From the IMG/VR virus record IMGVR_UViG_3300037478_000323, positions 1 through 57,653 of that record: a stretch of DNA of 57,653 nt; one strand, 5' to 3'. Made by a program: the position numbers and the translations under genes. Below, piece by piece: positions 41,865 to 50,837 of the stretch. The notes beneath the pieces are model-generated. The model ran no database searches, was not told the DNA's origin, and saw nothing but the letters and a program-made list of their open reading frames with translations. This stretch comes from a virus (Duplodnaviria > Caudoviricetes). How positions within the stretch are numbered: the stretch's first letter is position 1; every line of letters starts with the position of its first letter.

Positions 41865-43394
41865 ATGGCTCCAAAAACGGCGGAGGACCGTCAGAAAAAC
41901 GGACGCTTCGCCAAGGGCAACCCCGGCGGACCGGGCCGACCGCGGAAAGACTCCAACCATAAGAGAGCCGACAGCGAGCGCCACGACGGCTGGGTCAACG
42001 CCCTGACCGGCGTCGGCACCATCGGCTACGACAAACGGACCGCCTCCGACTTCCGGCACTGCGCCGTCGACCGACAGGAGGCTCAGGATCTCTGGCTTGG
42101 TAACCCGCTCGCCGCGAGGATTGTCGAGACGTGGCCAAACGAGATGCTCCGCGAGGGCTTTGACGTCGTGTTCGCCGGCGATGCCGAGGACGTCAAAGAG
42201 CAACAGGAGCAAGTCGAGACCCTGCTCGACGAGATCGGAGCCTGCGAAGCACTGCATGAGGGTCTGAGCTACGAGCGCGCGTACGGTGGCGGGGCGATCC
42301 TTATTGGAGTCACCGACCACCGCGACCTGTCGGTCCCGCTCATTCCCGAGCGTGTGCAATCCCTCGACTGGCTGACGACTTTCGAGCCACACGAGATCTA
42401 CCCTCAATACTGGTACAACGATCCCCGCGCCCCGAAGTTCGGCAAGCCCGAGATCTACCAGATCAACACGAGCGCCAAGGGGCCGAGCTCGAGCGGCGCC
42501 AGCGCTCCTGAGCTGCTTTACGTCCACGAGTCCCGTCTGATCGCATTCAACGGGATCAGGGTATCGAGGCACGACCACGCACAGGGCGAGAACGGCTGGG
42601 GCGGCTCGGTTCTTTCCCGCGTCTACAGGATCCTTGTCGATCACGGCATGGGCTTCGACGCCGCCGCCGTCCTACTGAACGACTTCGCGCAAGCAGTCTA
42701 CAAGATCAGTGGACTCGGCGCAGCTATGGCGGAGGATCGTGACGACGAGATCAAGGTCCGTACAAAGGCCGTCGAGCTATCGCGTAGCTTCGCCCGCGCC
42801 GTGATCATCGACGCCGAAGACGAGTTCGGCCGACAGCAGACCCCAATCACCGGGATGCCGGAGATGCTCGACCGGTTCTCCGCAATGCTCGCCGCCGCCG
42901 CGGACATGCCTCTGACCCTTCTCATGGGACAGCCTCCGAGCGGCATGAACGCCACCGGCGAGAGCGATATCCGATTCTTCTACGACCGCGTCGGGGCGAT
43001 GCAGAAAAAGAAGCTGACTCCGGCGGTCAAGCGTCTGGTCGAGATAGCGCTTCACGCGCTGGATCTCAAGCCGAAGAAGTGGACGATCGAGCATCGCCCC
43101 CTGTGGCAGGAGAGCAATCTAGACAAGAGCGTCGCTCGCCTGAACCAGGCGAAGACCGATGAAATCTACATCGGTCAAATGGTCTACAGCCCTGAGGACT
43201 GCGCCCGGAGCCGCTTCGGTACCGATCACTATTCCTTCGAGACCTCGGTCGACTTTGCCGAGCGCGAGCGCCTCGAGCAAGAGGCGAAGGAAGCCGAGGA
43301 GCTAGCCCTCCGCCAGTCGATCGAATCGGCGAAGGCCGCCAAGGGCGAGGGTGGCGAGGGCCCTCCTAAGAAGGCTGAGTCCGGTGACGAGTGA
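41865..43394 (+). CDS. Portal protein (DUF1073 type)
   Basis: DG..N..TG.G, R.YGG..I, FG.PE.Y, VH.SR, GWG.S.L, P.T.L.GQ.P.G.NATGESD...YD. Confidence 0.9.
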   Translation: MAPKTAEDRQKNGRFAKGNPGGPGRPRKDSNHKRADSERHDGWVNALTGVGTIGYDKRTASDFRHCAVDRQEAQDLWLGNPLAARIVETWPNEMLREGFDVVFAGDAEDVKEQQEQVETLLDEIGACEALHEGLSYERAYGGGAILIGVTDHRDLSVPLIPERVQSLDWLTTFEPHEIYPQYWYNDPRAPKFGKPEIYQINTSAKGPSSSGASAPELLYVHESRLIAFNGIRVSRHDHAQGENGWGGSVLSRVYRILVDHGMGFDAAAVLLNDFAQAVYKISGLGAAMAEDRDDEIKVRTKAVELSRSFARAVIIDAEDEFGRQQTPITGMPEMLDRFSAMLAAAADMPLTLLMGQPPSGMNATGESDIRFFYDRVGAMQKKKLTPAVKRLVEIALHALDLKPKKWTIEHRPLWQESNLDKSVARLNQAKTDEIYIGQMVYSPEDCARSRFGTDHYSFETSVDFAERERLEQEAKEAEELALRQSIESAKAAKGEGGEGPPKKAESGDE

Positions 43395-44200
43395 AGCGCC
43401 TACCGCGTCAGCAGCTCCCCGCGCGCATCGCGCAGGACTACGCGCGAGCGCTCGTGGGATACATCCGTCGGGTCGAGATCGTCTTCGAGCCGCTCTTCTC
43501 CGAGATCCCTAGACTCCTCGAGGCCAACCACGCCGAGCGCGCCGACGCCGGCGAGGCCGCACGGATCCAAGAGCTGATCGTCCTCGCCGAGAGCGTTCTC
43601 AGACGGTCTCTCAGTAACGAAGAGATCGAGAACCTGGCGATGCGGTTCGCGAACGCCGTGCAGATTCACCAGAAGAGCCAGCTCGCCCGACAGATTCGCG
43701 CCGCGTTCGGCGTCGACGTCTTCATCAATGACCGCCGGCTCGCATCGACGATGGAAGGCTTCGTCGCGGAGAACACACAGCTAATCCGACGCATCCCGCT
43801 AGACGTCGCGGCGAAGGTTGGAGGGGTCGTCACTCGCGGAGTCACGGCAGGGAAGCTGCACAAGGACATCGCGAAAGACGTCGCGGCGGAGTACGGCTTC
43901 GGACGCAAGCGCGCGAAGCGGATCGCCCGCGACCAGGTCGGCAAGTTCTACGGTCAAACCAACGCCACTCGACAGAAGGATCTCGGTGTTACCGAGTTCA
44001 TCTGGCGAACGAGCCGCGATCGCCGCGTGCGCGGAACGCCTGGCGGCGCATTCCCCTCCGCGCGCCCGAGCCACTACCACCTAGAGGGCAAACGCTTCTC
44101 TTACGACAACCCGCCGAACGGTGAGCTCCCCGGCGAGCCCGTGCTTTGCCGGTGCTGGGCAGAGCCTGTCTTCGACACCGCGACCGACGTGCTGTCGTGA
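43391..44200 (+). CDS. Head morphogenesis protein (Mu gpF/SPP1 gp7)
   Basis: RAKRIARDQ, WRT..D.RVR, H..L.G..F, PG...CRC.A. Confidence 0.9.
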   Translation: MKRLPRQQLPARIAQDYARALVGYIRRVEIVFEPLFSEIPRLLEANHAERADAGEAARIQELIVLAESVLRRSLSNEEIENLAMRFANAVQIHQKSQLARQIRAAFGVDVFINDRRLASTMEGFVAENTQLIRRIPLDVAAKVGGVVTRGVTAGKLHKDIAKDVAAEYGFGRKRAKRIARDQVGKFYGQTNATRQKDLGVTEFIWRTSRDRRVRGTPGGAFPSARPSHYHLEGKRFSYDNPPNGELPGEPVLCRCWAEPVFDTATDVLS

Positions 44201-44454
44201 TCGACGTTGGCCTAGCCTTGGGATGGTTCGTCGTCTCCGCTTTGACCGATTATCTGTCGGTCCTATGGCAAGAGGCCCGTGAGTCACGACGCGCCGCACG
44301 CTGCGCAAACATCGCGGTCGCCCTCGAGGTCGTCACGTGGGGAGCGGTCCTGTTCGCGGTGGCCGGTTACTGGATTGTCATCGCCTCAGGTCTCGCCGGC
44401 TCGTGGCTCGGGTCATACGTCGGGGTCAGGCGTGCAAGCGCAAAAGAGGGATAG
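44197..44454 (+). CDS. Small membrane protein
   Basis: Three hydrophobic helices; GTGA-coupled. Confidence 0.55.
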   Translation: MIDVGLALGWFVVSALTDYLSVLWQEARESRRAARCANIAVALEVVTWGAVLFAVAGYWIVIASGLAGSWLGSYVGVRRASAKEG

Positions 44455-44875
44455 CTGGTGCGGTCCCGCCGCCGTGGTCAACGCCGCTTCCGTGTATGGG
44501 ATTCGCGTCGGTCAGGCTCGTGCGGCCGAGCTTGCGAGCACCGACGACGACGGCACCGACGAGCATGGGATCATCGCCGCCATCGACGCGATCGGCTTGG
44601 CGCCGGCGGAGTTCTCTTCTGACTGTCAGAACGCCGCTCGAGCGTGGCTGTCGTCCCTGTCTCCGATGATGCCGCTCATTCTCTGCGTTGACAGGTGGGG
44701 TCACTGGGTGACCGTCATCGGATGGTGTGCGGGGCGCTGCCTGATCGTCGACAGCGAGTCGGTCGGCGACCTGGTTCAGCCCGTCAGCCCTCGGAGCCTG
44801 TTGAAAAGATGGCGCGCCACCCGCGCTCAGCGAACTGAAGGTCAGCCCTACTATGGGATCGCTGTGGTCCGCTAA
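44432..44875 (+). CDS. C39-like cysteine peptidase
   Basis: Q....WCGPA, T..DGT, HWV.V.G, I.DS motifs; start estimated. Confidence 0.75.
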   Translation: MQAQKRDSWCGPAAVVNAASVYGIRVGQARAAELASTDDDGTDEHGIIAAIDAIGLAPAEFSSDCQNAARAWLSSLSPMMPLILCVDRWGHWVTVIGWCAGRCLIVDSESVGDLVQPVSPRSLLKRWRATRAQRTEGQPYYGIAVVR

Positions 44876-44903
44876 CCTGTCAATAACACGCTAGTTTGTG
44901 TGC

Positions 44904-44954
44904 TGGCACACTTTCTGCTTAACCGGAGTCGCCAAACGTGGCACGGTCATTGCA
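44904..44954 (+). promoter_or_regulatory. Two tandem sigma54-like (-24/-12) sites
   Basis: TGGCACACTTTCTGC (44904) and TGGCACGGTCATTGCA (44939), both GG-N10-GC. Confidence 0.45.
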
Positions 44955-44955
44955 G

Positions 44956-45612
44956 ATGGCGTTTCGTCTTGACTTTGGATCGCTCCGCCCGGCCAAACGG
45001 CTCGGGGACGGGCGTCTCCGCGTCGACGGATTGCTGACCCGCACCGGAGTCTTTCGCTACCGCAATTCTGACGGAACCGAGCGCCGTGAATACCGATCTC
45101 CTGAAGAGGTCTTCAACAAAGATTCTCTCTCGTCGTTCGAGATGGTCGTGGTTACCGATGACCACCCGCCCGTTTCCGTTGACGCGAACAACGCCAAGAA
45201 ATTCGCCGTTGGTTCGGTCGGGGAGAGCGTTCGTCAGGATGGTGACTTCGTCGCCGCGGGGCTAGTCGTTTACGACGCCGGCACCGTCGCCAAGATGAAC
45301 GCCGGCAAGGTTCAGCTCTCGTGCGGCTACACGGTCGACCTCGACGATACCCCCGGCGTCACCCCCGAGGGCGAGCTCTACGACGCCAAGCAAACCAACA
45401 TTCGCGGCAACCACGTCGCGATCGTTGACATCGCCCGCGCCGGCGAGGCCGCTCGCGTTCGCATGGACGGCGCCGACGGCGCCGATACCGCGGTGATGTC
45501 CGACCCCGCGCAGGCCCCCACCGATTGTTCCGAGTGCGCCGCCAGGCAGGCGCGCATTGACGCTCTCGTGCCTCTGGCCGATCGCTACCTCGACACCCTC
45601 AGGAGTCTATAA
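44956..45612 (+). CDS. Prohead protease (DUF2213 type)
   Basis: RTGVF.Y, R.PEEVF, T.DHP, LSCGY, NHVAIV..ARAG. Confidence 0.88.
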   Translation: MAFRLDFGSLRPAKRLGDGRLRVDGLLTRTGVFRYRNSDGTERREYRSPEEVFNKDSLSSFEMVVVTDDHPPVSVDANNAKKFAVGSVGESVRQDGDFVAAGLVVYDAGTVAKMNAGKVQLSCGYTVDLDDTPGVTPEGELYDAKQTNIRGNHVAIVDIARAGEAARVRMDGADGADTAVMSDPAQAPTDCSECAARQARIDALVPLADRYLDTLRSL

Positions 45613-46197
45613 ATGGAGAAACTGAAAGCCGAACTCGCCACCGCGCTCGAGAGCGTGAAGGCTGAGAAGGAGCGGGCCGACGCCGCCGAGAAGGAGCGAG
45701 ACGACGCCCGAAAGGAGCGCGACAACGCCCGCGCCGACTCCGAGAGCGATGTCCTCGCGAAGCTCCGCAAGGAGCGCGATCAGGCCGTTGCCCGCGCCGA
45801 TGGACTGGACACCCAGCTGTCGAACGAGAAGAAAGCCCGCGCCGCTGCCGATCAGACGGTGGCCGCCGCGGTCCGCGCCCGGGTCGACCTCGAGTCGAAG
45901 GCGAAGAGCATTCTCGGCAGCGAGGACGGTATCGAGTCGATGACCGATCGTGACCTCCGCGTCGCCGTCATCCGCAAGGTCGACGGCGAAGACGTCGTCA
46001 TCGACGACACCAAGTCTGACGACTACGTGACCGCTCGATATGACTCCGCGATCGAGCGCGCCGAAGAGTCCCTGAAGGCCATCGCCGCCGCTCGCGGTGG
46101 CGGTCGAGCCGACGCCCTGACCGACGAGAAAGCTCGTCGGGACGCAATGATCGAGCGCAACCGCAACGCCTGGAAGGTGACCAACGATGGCCAGTAA
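45613..46197 (+). CDS. Capsid scaffolding protein
   Basis: Coiled coil, SDDYV.ARYD motif; AGGAG RBS. Confidence 0.75.
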   Translation: MEKLKAELATALESVKAEKERADAAEKERDDARKERDNARADSESDVLAKLRKERDQAVARADGLDTQLSNEKKARAAADQTVAAAVRARVDLESKAKSILGSEDGIESMTDRDLRVAVIRKVDGEDVVIDDTKSDDYVTARYDSAIERAEESLKAIAAARGGGRADALTDEKARRDAMIERNRNAWKVTNDGQ

Positions 46198-46693
46198 GCA
46201 GACCACCTATTCGCAGAGCTTCGGCCGCGGCTTCCCCGGGCAGCGTCTCGAGCAGTCCGGCGACGTCGTCGAGACCGTCATCAGCGAGGAGTCGAGCGCG
46301 GAGATTCCGTTCGGTCTCGCCGTCTGCTGGGGCACCGGCGATCGCGAGGTTCTCCTTCCGGCCACCGAGAACGACGTGGTCGCGGGGCTCGTGATTCACA
46401 GCCACGACTATGCGAAGGATTCCGAACTCGGTGACTCCGGCCTCAAGCCCGGCGTCATGTTCACGATCCTACGCCGCGGCAAGATGATCGTCACCGCCGA
46501 AGAGGCGACGACCGCTCACGTCAGCCGACTCTGGGTTCGCGCGGTCGCCGGCGGCGGCGAGGTCCTCGGAGCCCTCGAGGTCGGCGACGACAGCACCGAC
46601 ATGATCGACGCCACCGGTCAGGGGCTCTTCCGCGAGACCACGGACGCCGGCGGCCTGACCGTCATCGAAGTCGACTTCACCAACGAGGCGTAA
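46187..46693 (+). CDS. Capsid decoration/cement protein
   Basis: QT.Y..., IPFG.AV, ILRRG...V pattern upstream of the MCP. Confidence 0.7.
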   Translation: MASKQTTYSQSFGRGFPGQRLEQSGDVVETVISEESSAEIPFGLAVCWGTGDREVLLPATENDVVAGLVIHSHDYAKDSELGDSGLKPGVMFTILRRGKMIVTAEEATTAHVSRLWVRAVAGGGEVLGALEVGDDSTDMIDATGQGLFRETTDAGGLTVIEVDFTNEA

Positions 46694-46705
46694 GGCGTGA
46701 ACTGA

Positions 46706-47104
46706 ATGTCACGACGACCAAACGAAGAGACCATGGAGCGGTTCGTACTAGGACCGTTCGAGCACGGCCAGGTCACTGAGACCACCGAGATCGCCATCGC
46801 GAAGCTTGGTCGTGCGTGGCGACTCGATCGCGCTCAGTACATCAACCCGACCGGTCTCGCGGCCGACGCCACCAACTTCTTTGAAGTTCAGGTCCTGAAG
46901 GAAGGGACCGACGTCGCCGCGAGCTGGTCAACGGAGACCGGTGAAGAGGGAGCCCTGACCGCGGCTACCTGGGTCGAACTCACCCTCGCGGGAAACGAAG
47001 ACCAGGTCTTCGCCGCCGACGACGAAGTTTCTCTCAACCTCGAAGAGACCGAGACCGCAACCCTGCCGGCCGGTCGAATCGTTCTCGAGTGCCGCTATCT
47101 CTAA
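46706..47104 (+). CDS. Putative additional head protein
   Basis: Beta-rich ORF between the decoration and MCP genes. Confidence 0.55.
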   Translation: MSRRPNEETMERFVLGPFEHGQVTETTEIAIAKLGRAWRLDRAQYINPTGLAADATNFFEVQVLKEGTDVAASWSTETGEEGALTAATWVELTLAGNEDQVFAADDEVSLNLEETETATLPAGRIVLECRYL

Positions 47105-47117
47105 AGGACAAACCAGA

Positions 47118-48053
47118 ATGCCCGAATTTCATTTCCCCGAGCTCCGCCTCGATGCCAGCGAGTCGGCCTTCCTCTCCCGGCAGCTCGAGCATGTGCGCGG
47201 GAAGTCCTATGACATTCAGTATCCCGAACTGAAGGGGCGGCGTCTGGTTCCGGTCGACGGCAGCGTCGATGAGGGCGCCTCGACTGTTCGCTACTCGCAG
47301 TACGACTCGAAAGGTACTGCGGTTCTGTCGAAGAATCAGGGTGAGGATGCTCCGGTGGCCGATCTCGTGTCGGGCGAGTTCACCCACGACGTCTTCGGCA
47401 GCTCGATCAAGTACTTCTACACCCTGCAGGAGATCCGCGCGGCTCGCCTCGCTGGTCTCCCGCTCGACGCCCGCAAGGCGATGGCCGCCCGCCGCGCCAC
47501 CGAGCAGCTCTTCGACGAGATCGCCTTCAACGGTCACGCCGAGACCGGGCTCCTGGGTCTGCTCAACCAGAGCAACACCGTCACCTATACTCCGGCGGTC
47601 GGTGCCCAGGGGTCAAAGAAGTTCGCCGACAAGAACGCGATCGAGATGCTGATCGATCTGTTCGCCTTCGAGTCCTCGATCATCGACGGCTCCGACGAAG
47701 TCGAGAATCCTGACACCATGGTTCTCCCGCTCTCCGTTCAGGAGCGCGTGAAGACCACCCGCATCGGCGACGGCGACTCGACCACCGTCCTGCAGCACTT
47801 CCTCAAGAACTCGCTCAGCGTCAAGAACATCGAGTTCAGCAAGAAGCTCGAGACCGCCGGCTCCGGCGGGAGCGTGACCCGCTCGGTCTGCTACAAGCGC
47901 TCCGAGGACAAGCTGCAGCTCATCATCCCGAAGGAGTTCACGCAGCTCGCTCCGCAGGCGCGCGGCTACCTGATCACCACCTTCTGTGAGGCGCGGATCG
48001 GCGGCGTCGAGCTCTACTACCCGAAGTCGATGGCCTACGCCGACGACTTCTAG
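47118..48053 (+). CDS. Major capsid protein (DUF2184 type)
   Basis: F..RQLE.V....Y...YPEL, E.RAA...G..LD.RK, AF.G....G..GLLN, GGV..YYP. Confidence 0.9.
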   Translation: MPEFHFPELRLDASESAFLSRQLEHVRGKSYDIQYPELKGRRLVPVDGSVDEGASTVRYSQYDSKGTAVLSKNQGEDAPVADLVSGEFTHDVFGSSIKYFYTLQEIRAARLAGLPLDARKAMAARRATEQLFDEIAFNGHAETGLLGLLNQSNTVTYTPAVGAQGSKKFADKNAIEMLIDLFAFESSIIDGSDEVENPDTMVLPLSVQERVKTTRIGDGDSTTVLQHFLKNSLSVKNIEFSKKLETAGSGGSVTRSVCYKRSEDKLQLIIPKEFTQLAPQARGYLITTFCEARIGGVELYYPKSMAYADDF

Positions 48054-48065
48054 AAAGTCGTCTGA

Positions 48066-48419
48066 GTGGATCTCTATCGCCTCGATGTCCCCTGGGACAC
48101 GATCGACATCGAAACGGACACCGAGCGCGTCCGGATCGGAGTCGTCGCGTATTCGAAGGCGGCGATCCGGTTCGATTGGACGGGCGACCCGACTGGGACT
48201 CTCGAGCTCTTCTCGAGCGAGCTCCCTAATCCGTCGGTCGCTGACGATGACGACTGGGACTCGATGAGCGAGGACCCAGCCGATCCTGCAGGGTCAGCCG
48301 ACAACTCGTCTATCGTCGTCGAAAGTCTCCCTCACCGGTGGCTGATGCTCAAGTACGTACCGGACGGTGGGACGCCCGGTAGCGGCACCCTCTCGGCACA
48401 CCTAACCCTCAAGAGGTAG
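48066..48419 (+). CDS. Hypothetical virion protein
   Basis: Acidic beta-rich ORF after the MCP. Confidence 0.5.
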   Translation: MDLYRLDVPWDTIDIETDTERVRIGVVAYSKAAIRFDWTGDPTGTLELFSSELPNPSVADDDDWDSMSEDPADPAGSADNSSIVVESLPHRWLMLKYVPDGGTPGSGTLSAHLTLKR

Positions 48420-48423
48420 CGTC

Positions 48424-48777
48424 ATGGCGATCACCTGGGCCGACGTCGAGGCTGTCGCGCCCGACCTCTCGTCGGTGGCGACCGCCGCGCAGACTCTGAT
48501 CCTCGAGCACGTCAACACGGCTCTGAAAGAGTCGCTGTTCTCCGACGAGCGCTTGAAGCTCGCGCGCACGTACCTCGCCGCTCACCACGGAGAGATCGTC
48601 AGGCGCAAGGGTGTCGGCATCGGGGGTCCCATGACGATGGAAGCGGCCGGAGGCATTACCCGCCAGTTTGCGGCGTTTTCGCCGACTGGGAGCCACCCAT
48701 TATTTGACGCTACGCCCTACGGCAAGATTTACCGTTCGCTGCTTCCCCCGGCGACCAAGGCGCCGATGGTCATTTGA
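48424..48777 (+). CDS. Head-tail adaptor (DUF4054 type)
   Basis: YLAAH and T.YG..Y..L motifs. Confidence 0.8.
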   Translation: MAITWADVEAVAPDLSSVATAAQTLILEHVNTALKESLFSDERLKLARTYLAAHHGEIVRRKGVGIGGPMTMEAAGGITRQFAAFSPTGSHPLFDATPYGKIYRSLLPPATKAPMVI

Positions 48778-49223
48778 CCTGGGATGACACCAAGTGGCGC
48801 AAGCTCGCCACGAGCCTGAAGCACGCGAAGACGACTAAGGCGAAGGTCGGGGCTCTCCAAGGCGCCGGCGACCACGGCGATGGCCTGTCAATGGCCGAGC
48901 TCCTGGCGATCCACGAGTACGGCTCCGAGCGAGCTGGCGTTCCCGAGCGCGCCCCGCTTCGGACCACGTTCAACGATCCCGAGTTTCAGCGCGAGTTCGA
49001 GGCGTTCATCTCCAAGCAGGCCGGGCTAGTCCTCGCCGGCCGGTCGAACTGGAAGACGGCGTTCAAGCGCGTCGGTGTGTGGGCCGAAGCGAAAGTCAAA
49101 GCGCGTATCGCCGCCGGTCTCATGCCCGAGAACGCGCCGGCGACGATCGAGAAGAAGAAATCTTCGAAGCCGCTGATCGACGACGGTCGACTTGTCCCCT
49201 CCATCACGAGCGACGTCGAATGA
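48774..49223 (+). CDS. Neck / tail-completion protein
   Basis: A.IHEYG...VPER..LR, NAP.TI.KK.S.KPLID.G.L..SI. Confidence 0.85.
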   Translation: MTWDDTKWRKLATSLKHAKTTKAKVGALQGAGDHGDGLSMAELLAIHEYGSERAGVPERAPLRTTFNDPEFQREFEAFISKQAGLVLAGRSNWKTAFKRVGVWAEAKVKARIAAGLMPENAPATIEKKKSSKPLIDDGRLVPSITSDVE

Positions 49224-49549
49224 TCGAAGTCATCGACAGCTTGAAGACCGGCTCTTACACGGTCACGCGGACCGCCGCCGGGTCGCATGTCGCCGGGCGT
49301 TTCGTCCCCGGCGCCGATTCGACGTTCTCGATCGACGCCGTCGTGCAACCCGTCCGAGGGCACGAGCTGATGACGCTCCCTGAGTCCCGCCACGGCGAAG
49401 AGATTAAAGCGGTCTTCACCGCGACCGAGCTACTCCTCGAGGACTCCATTGCAATCGGCTCCGACGCTTTCGAAGTCTTCCGGTCGGAGAAGTGGGAAGC
49501 CTTCGGTGATACGCACTGGCGCTCGTACGTGGCGAAGGTGGTCGAGTGA
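49220..49549 (+). CDS. Head-closure protein
   Basis: VTR...G..V.G, A.VQP....L..LPE motif. Confidence 0.75.
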   Translation: MIEVIDSLKTGSYTVTRTAAGSHVAGRFVPGADSTFSIDAVVQPVRGHELMTLPESRHGEEIKAVFTATELLLEDSIAIGSDAFEVFRSEKWEAFGDTHWRSYVAKVVE

Positions 49550-50793
49550 AAACTCGCTACCCCGAGAGCGCGGCTGACTGGGCCGACAGCTACTCGATCC
49601 CGGCTCCGCAACTGATCTGCCCAATGCAGGAGGCGGAGGGAGCGAGCGCCGCGGTGGACGTGATCGGCGAGCGCGATCTCGACGTCGTAAGTGACGTAAC
49701 GTTTGGCGTCGACGGCGAAGGCGGGCGTACGGCGGCCAGCTTCGACGCTACGTTCGCCCGCCTCGTCTGTGGTGATGCCGAGTTCGGTGACCCGAGCGAG
49801 GGTCCGATCTGGGTCTGGGCGCGTCTGTGGATTCCTGACGACAGCGGCTCCAAGGCTCTGTACGGAAAACTCGGCACCGATCCCCGCTGGTACGCGAACG
49901 TAAACTTCAGCAACTCGACGGTTGGGGCCCTGATAGACGACGGTCCCAGCTTCAGATCCGCCGCCCTGGGACACCTAGCCGATCACACAGAGACGTGGAT
50001 CGACGTGATCACGGTGATCGATCCCGAGGCGGAACGGATTACGATCGCGACTCCGTTCGGACGCACAACCTCGACGTTTGGATCGGTGGTCGCCGACGAC
50101 CTATCCCCCGTCCACGCCTTCGCAGTCGGAGGGCAGGGCGATCAGGTCCCGGTCGGAATGCTCTGCGGCTACCTCGCCCATGGCACCGGACACGCACTCA
50201 CACTGGCTCAGCAAGACGAGATCTTCAACGCCGTCGACAACGTCGAGACGGAGCACCCATTTTGGACGACGATCGAAGACGCGATTCACGCCTGGGTAGT
50301 CCGAGGCACGGGACTCGCCGAAGACAAGGTCACTTGGGCCGGATATAACTCTGACCGACCTCCTGGCACGCACGCCACTCTGAAGATCGTCGCCGTCAAT
50401 CGCAATGGCCCCGACTGGTCAGACACGGTCGAAGACGGCGACGACGTCACGTTCCATTCGCGCGGACCACAGGAGATCGTGCTCTCGATCCAGTGCTTCG
50501 ACGGCGCCGCCACGGGCGCCCAGAACTCCGTCGCCCGACTCAATAAGACGCTCGCCCTGACCGCCTTGCCGACGCAGCAGGCCGCGTTCCGGGCAGCCGG
50601 TGTGGGCTTCCTGCGCTCAGGCTCCGTCAAGCATATCGGCGGCGTCATGGGCTCCGTCTTCGAGCCCCGGGCTCAGGTTGACGTGACGCTCTCGATGTTC
50701 TCTGACGTGTCAGAGCCGGGTTCTCTTATTGAATTCGTGGAGATAGAGAATGACGGGGCGTCGATCTACGTGCCCTCCAACCCCCTGGCTTAA
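49546..50793 (+). CDS. Tail terminator protein with N-terminal LamG-like domain
   Basis: C-terminal ~180 aa (V.W.....RP, G..E..LSIQ, FE.RA..D) preceded by a ~230-aa beta-sandwich-like region. Confidence 0.65.
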   Translation: MKTRYPESAADWADSYSIPAPQLICPMQEAEGASAAVDVIGERDLDVVSDVTFGVDGEGGRTAASFDATFARLVCGDAEFGDPSEGPIWVWARLWIPDDSGSKALYGKLGTDPRWYANVNFSNSTVGALIDDGPSFRSAALGHLADHTETWIDVITVIDPEAERITIATPFGRTTSTFGSVVADDLSPVHAFAVGGQGDQVPVGMLCGYLAHGTGHALTLAQQDEIFNAVDNVETEHPFWTTIEDAIHAWVVRGTGLAEDKVTWAGYNSDRPPGTHATLKIVAVNRNGPDWSDTVEDGDDVTFHSRGPQEIVLSIQCFDGAATGAQNSVARLNKTLALTALPTQQAAFRAAGVGFLRSGSVKHIGGVMGSVFEPRAQVDVTLSMFSDVSEPGSLIEFVEIENDGASIYVPSNPLA

Positions 50794-50837
50794 CTCTGAC
50801 ACCCCACCATGCAAGTATCGTACCGAAAGGGTAACCA

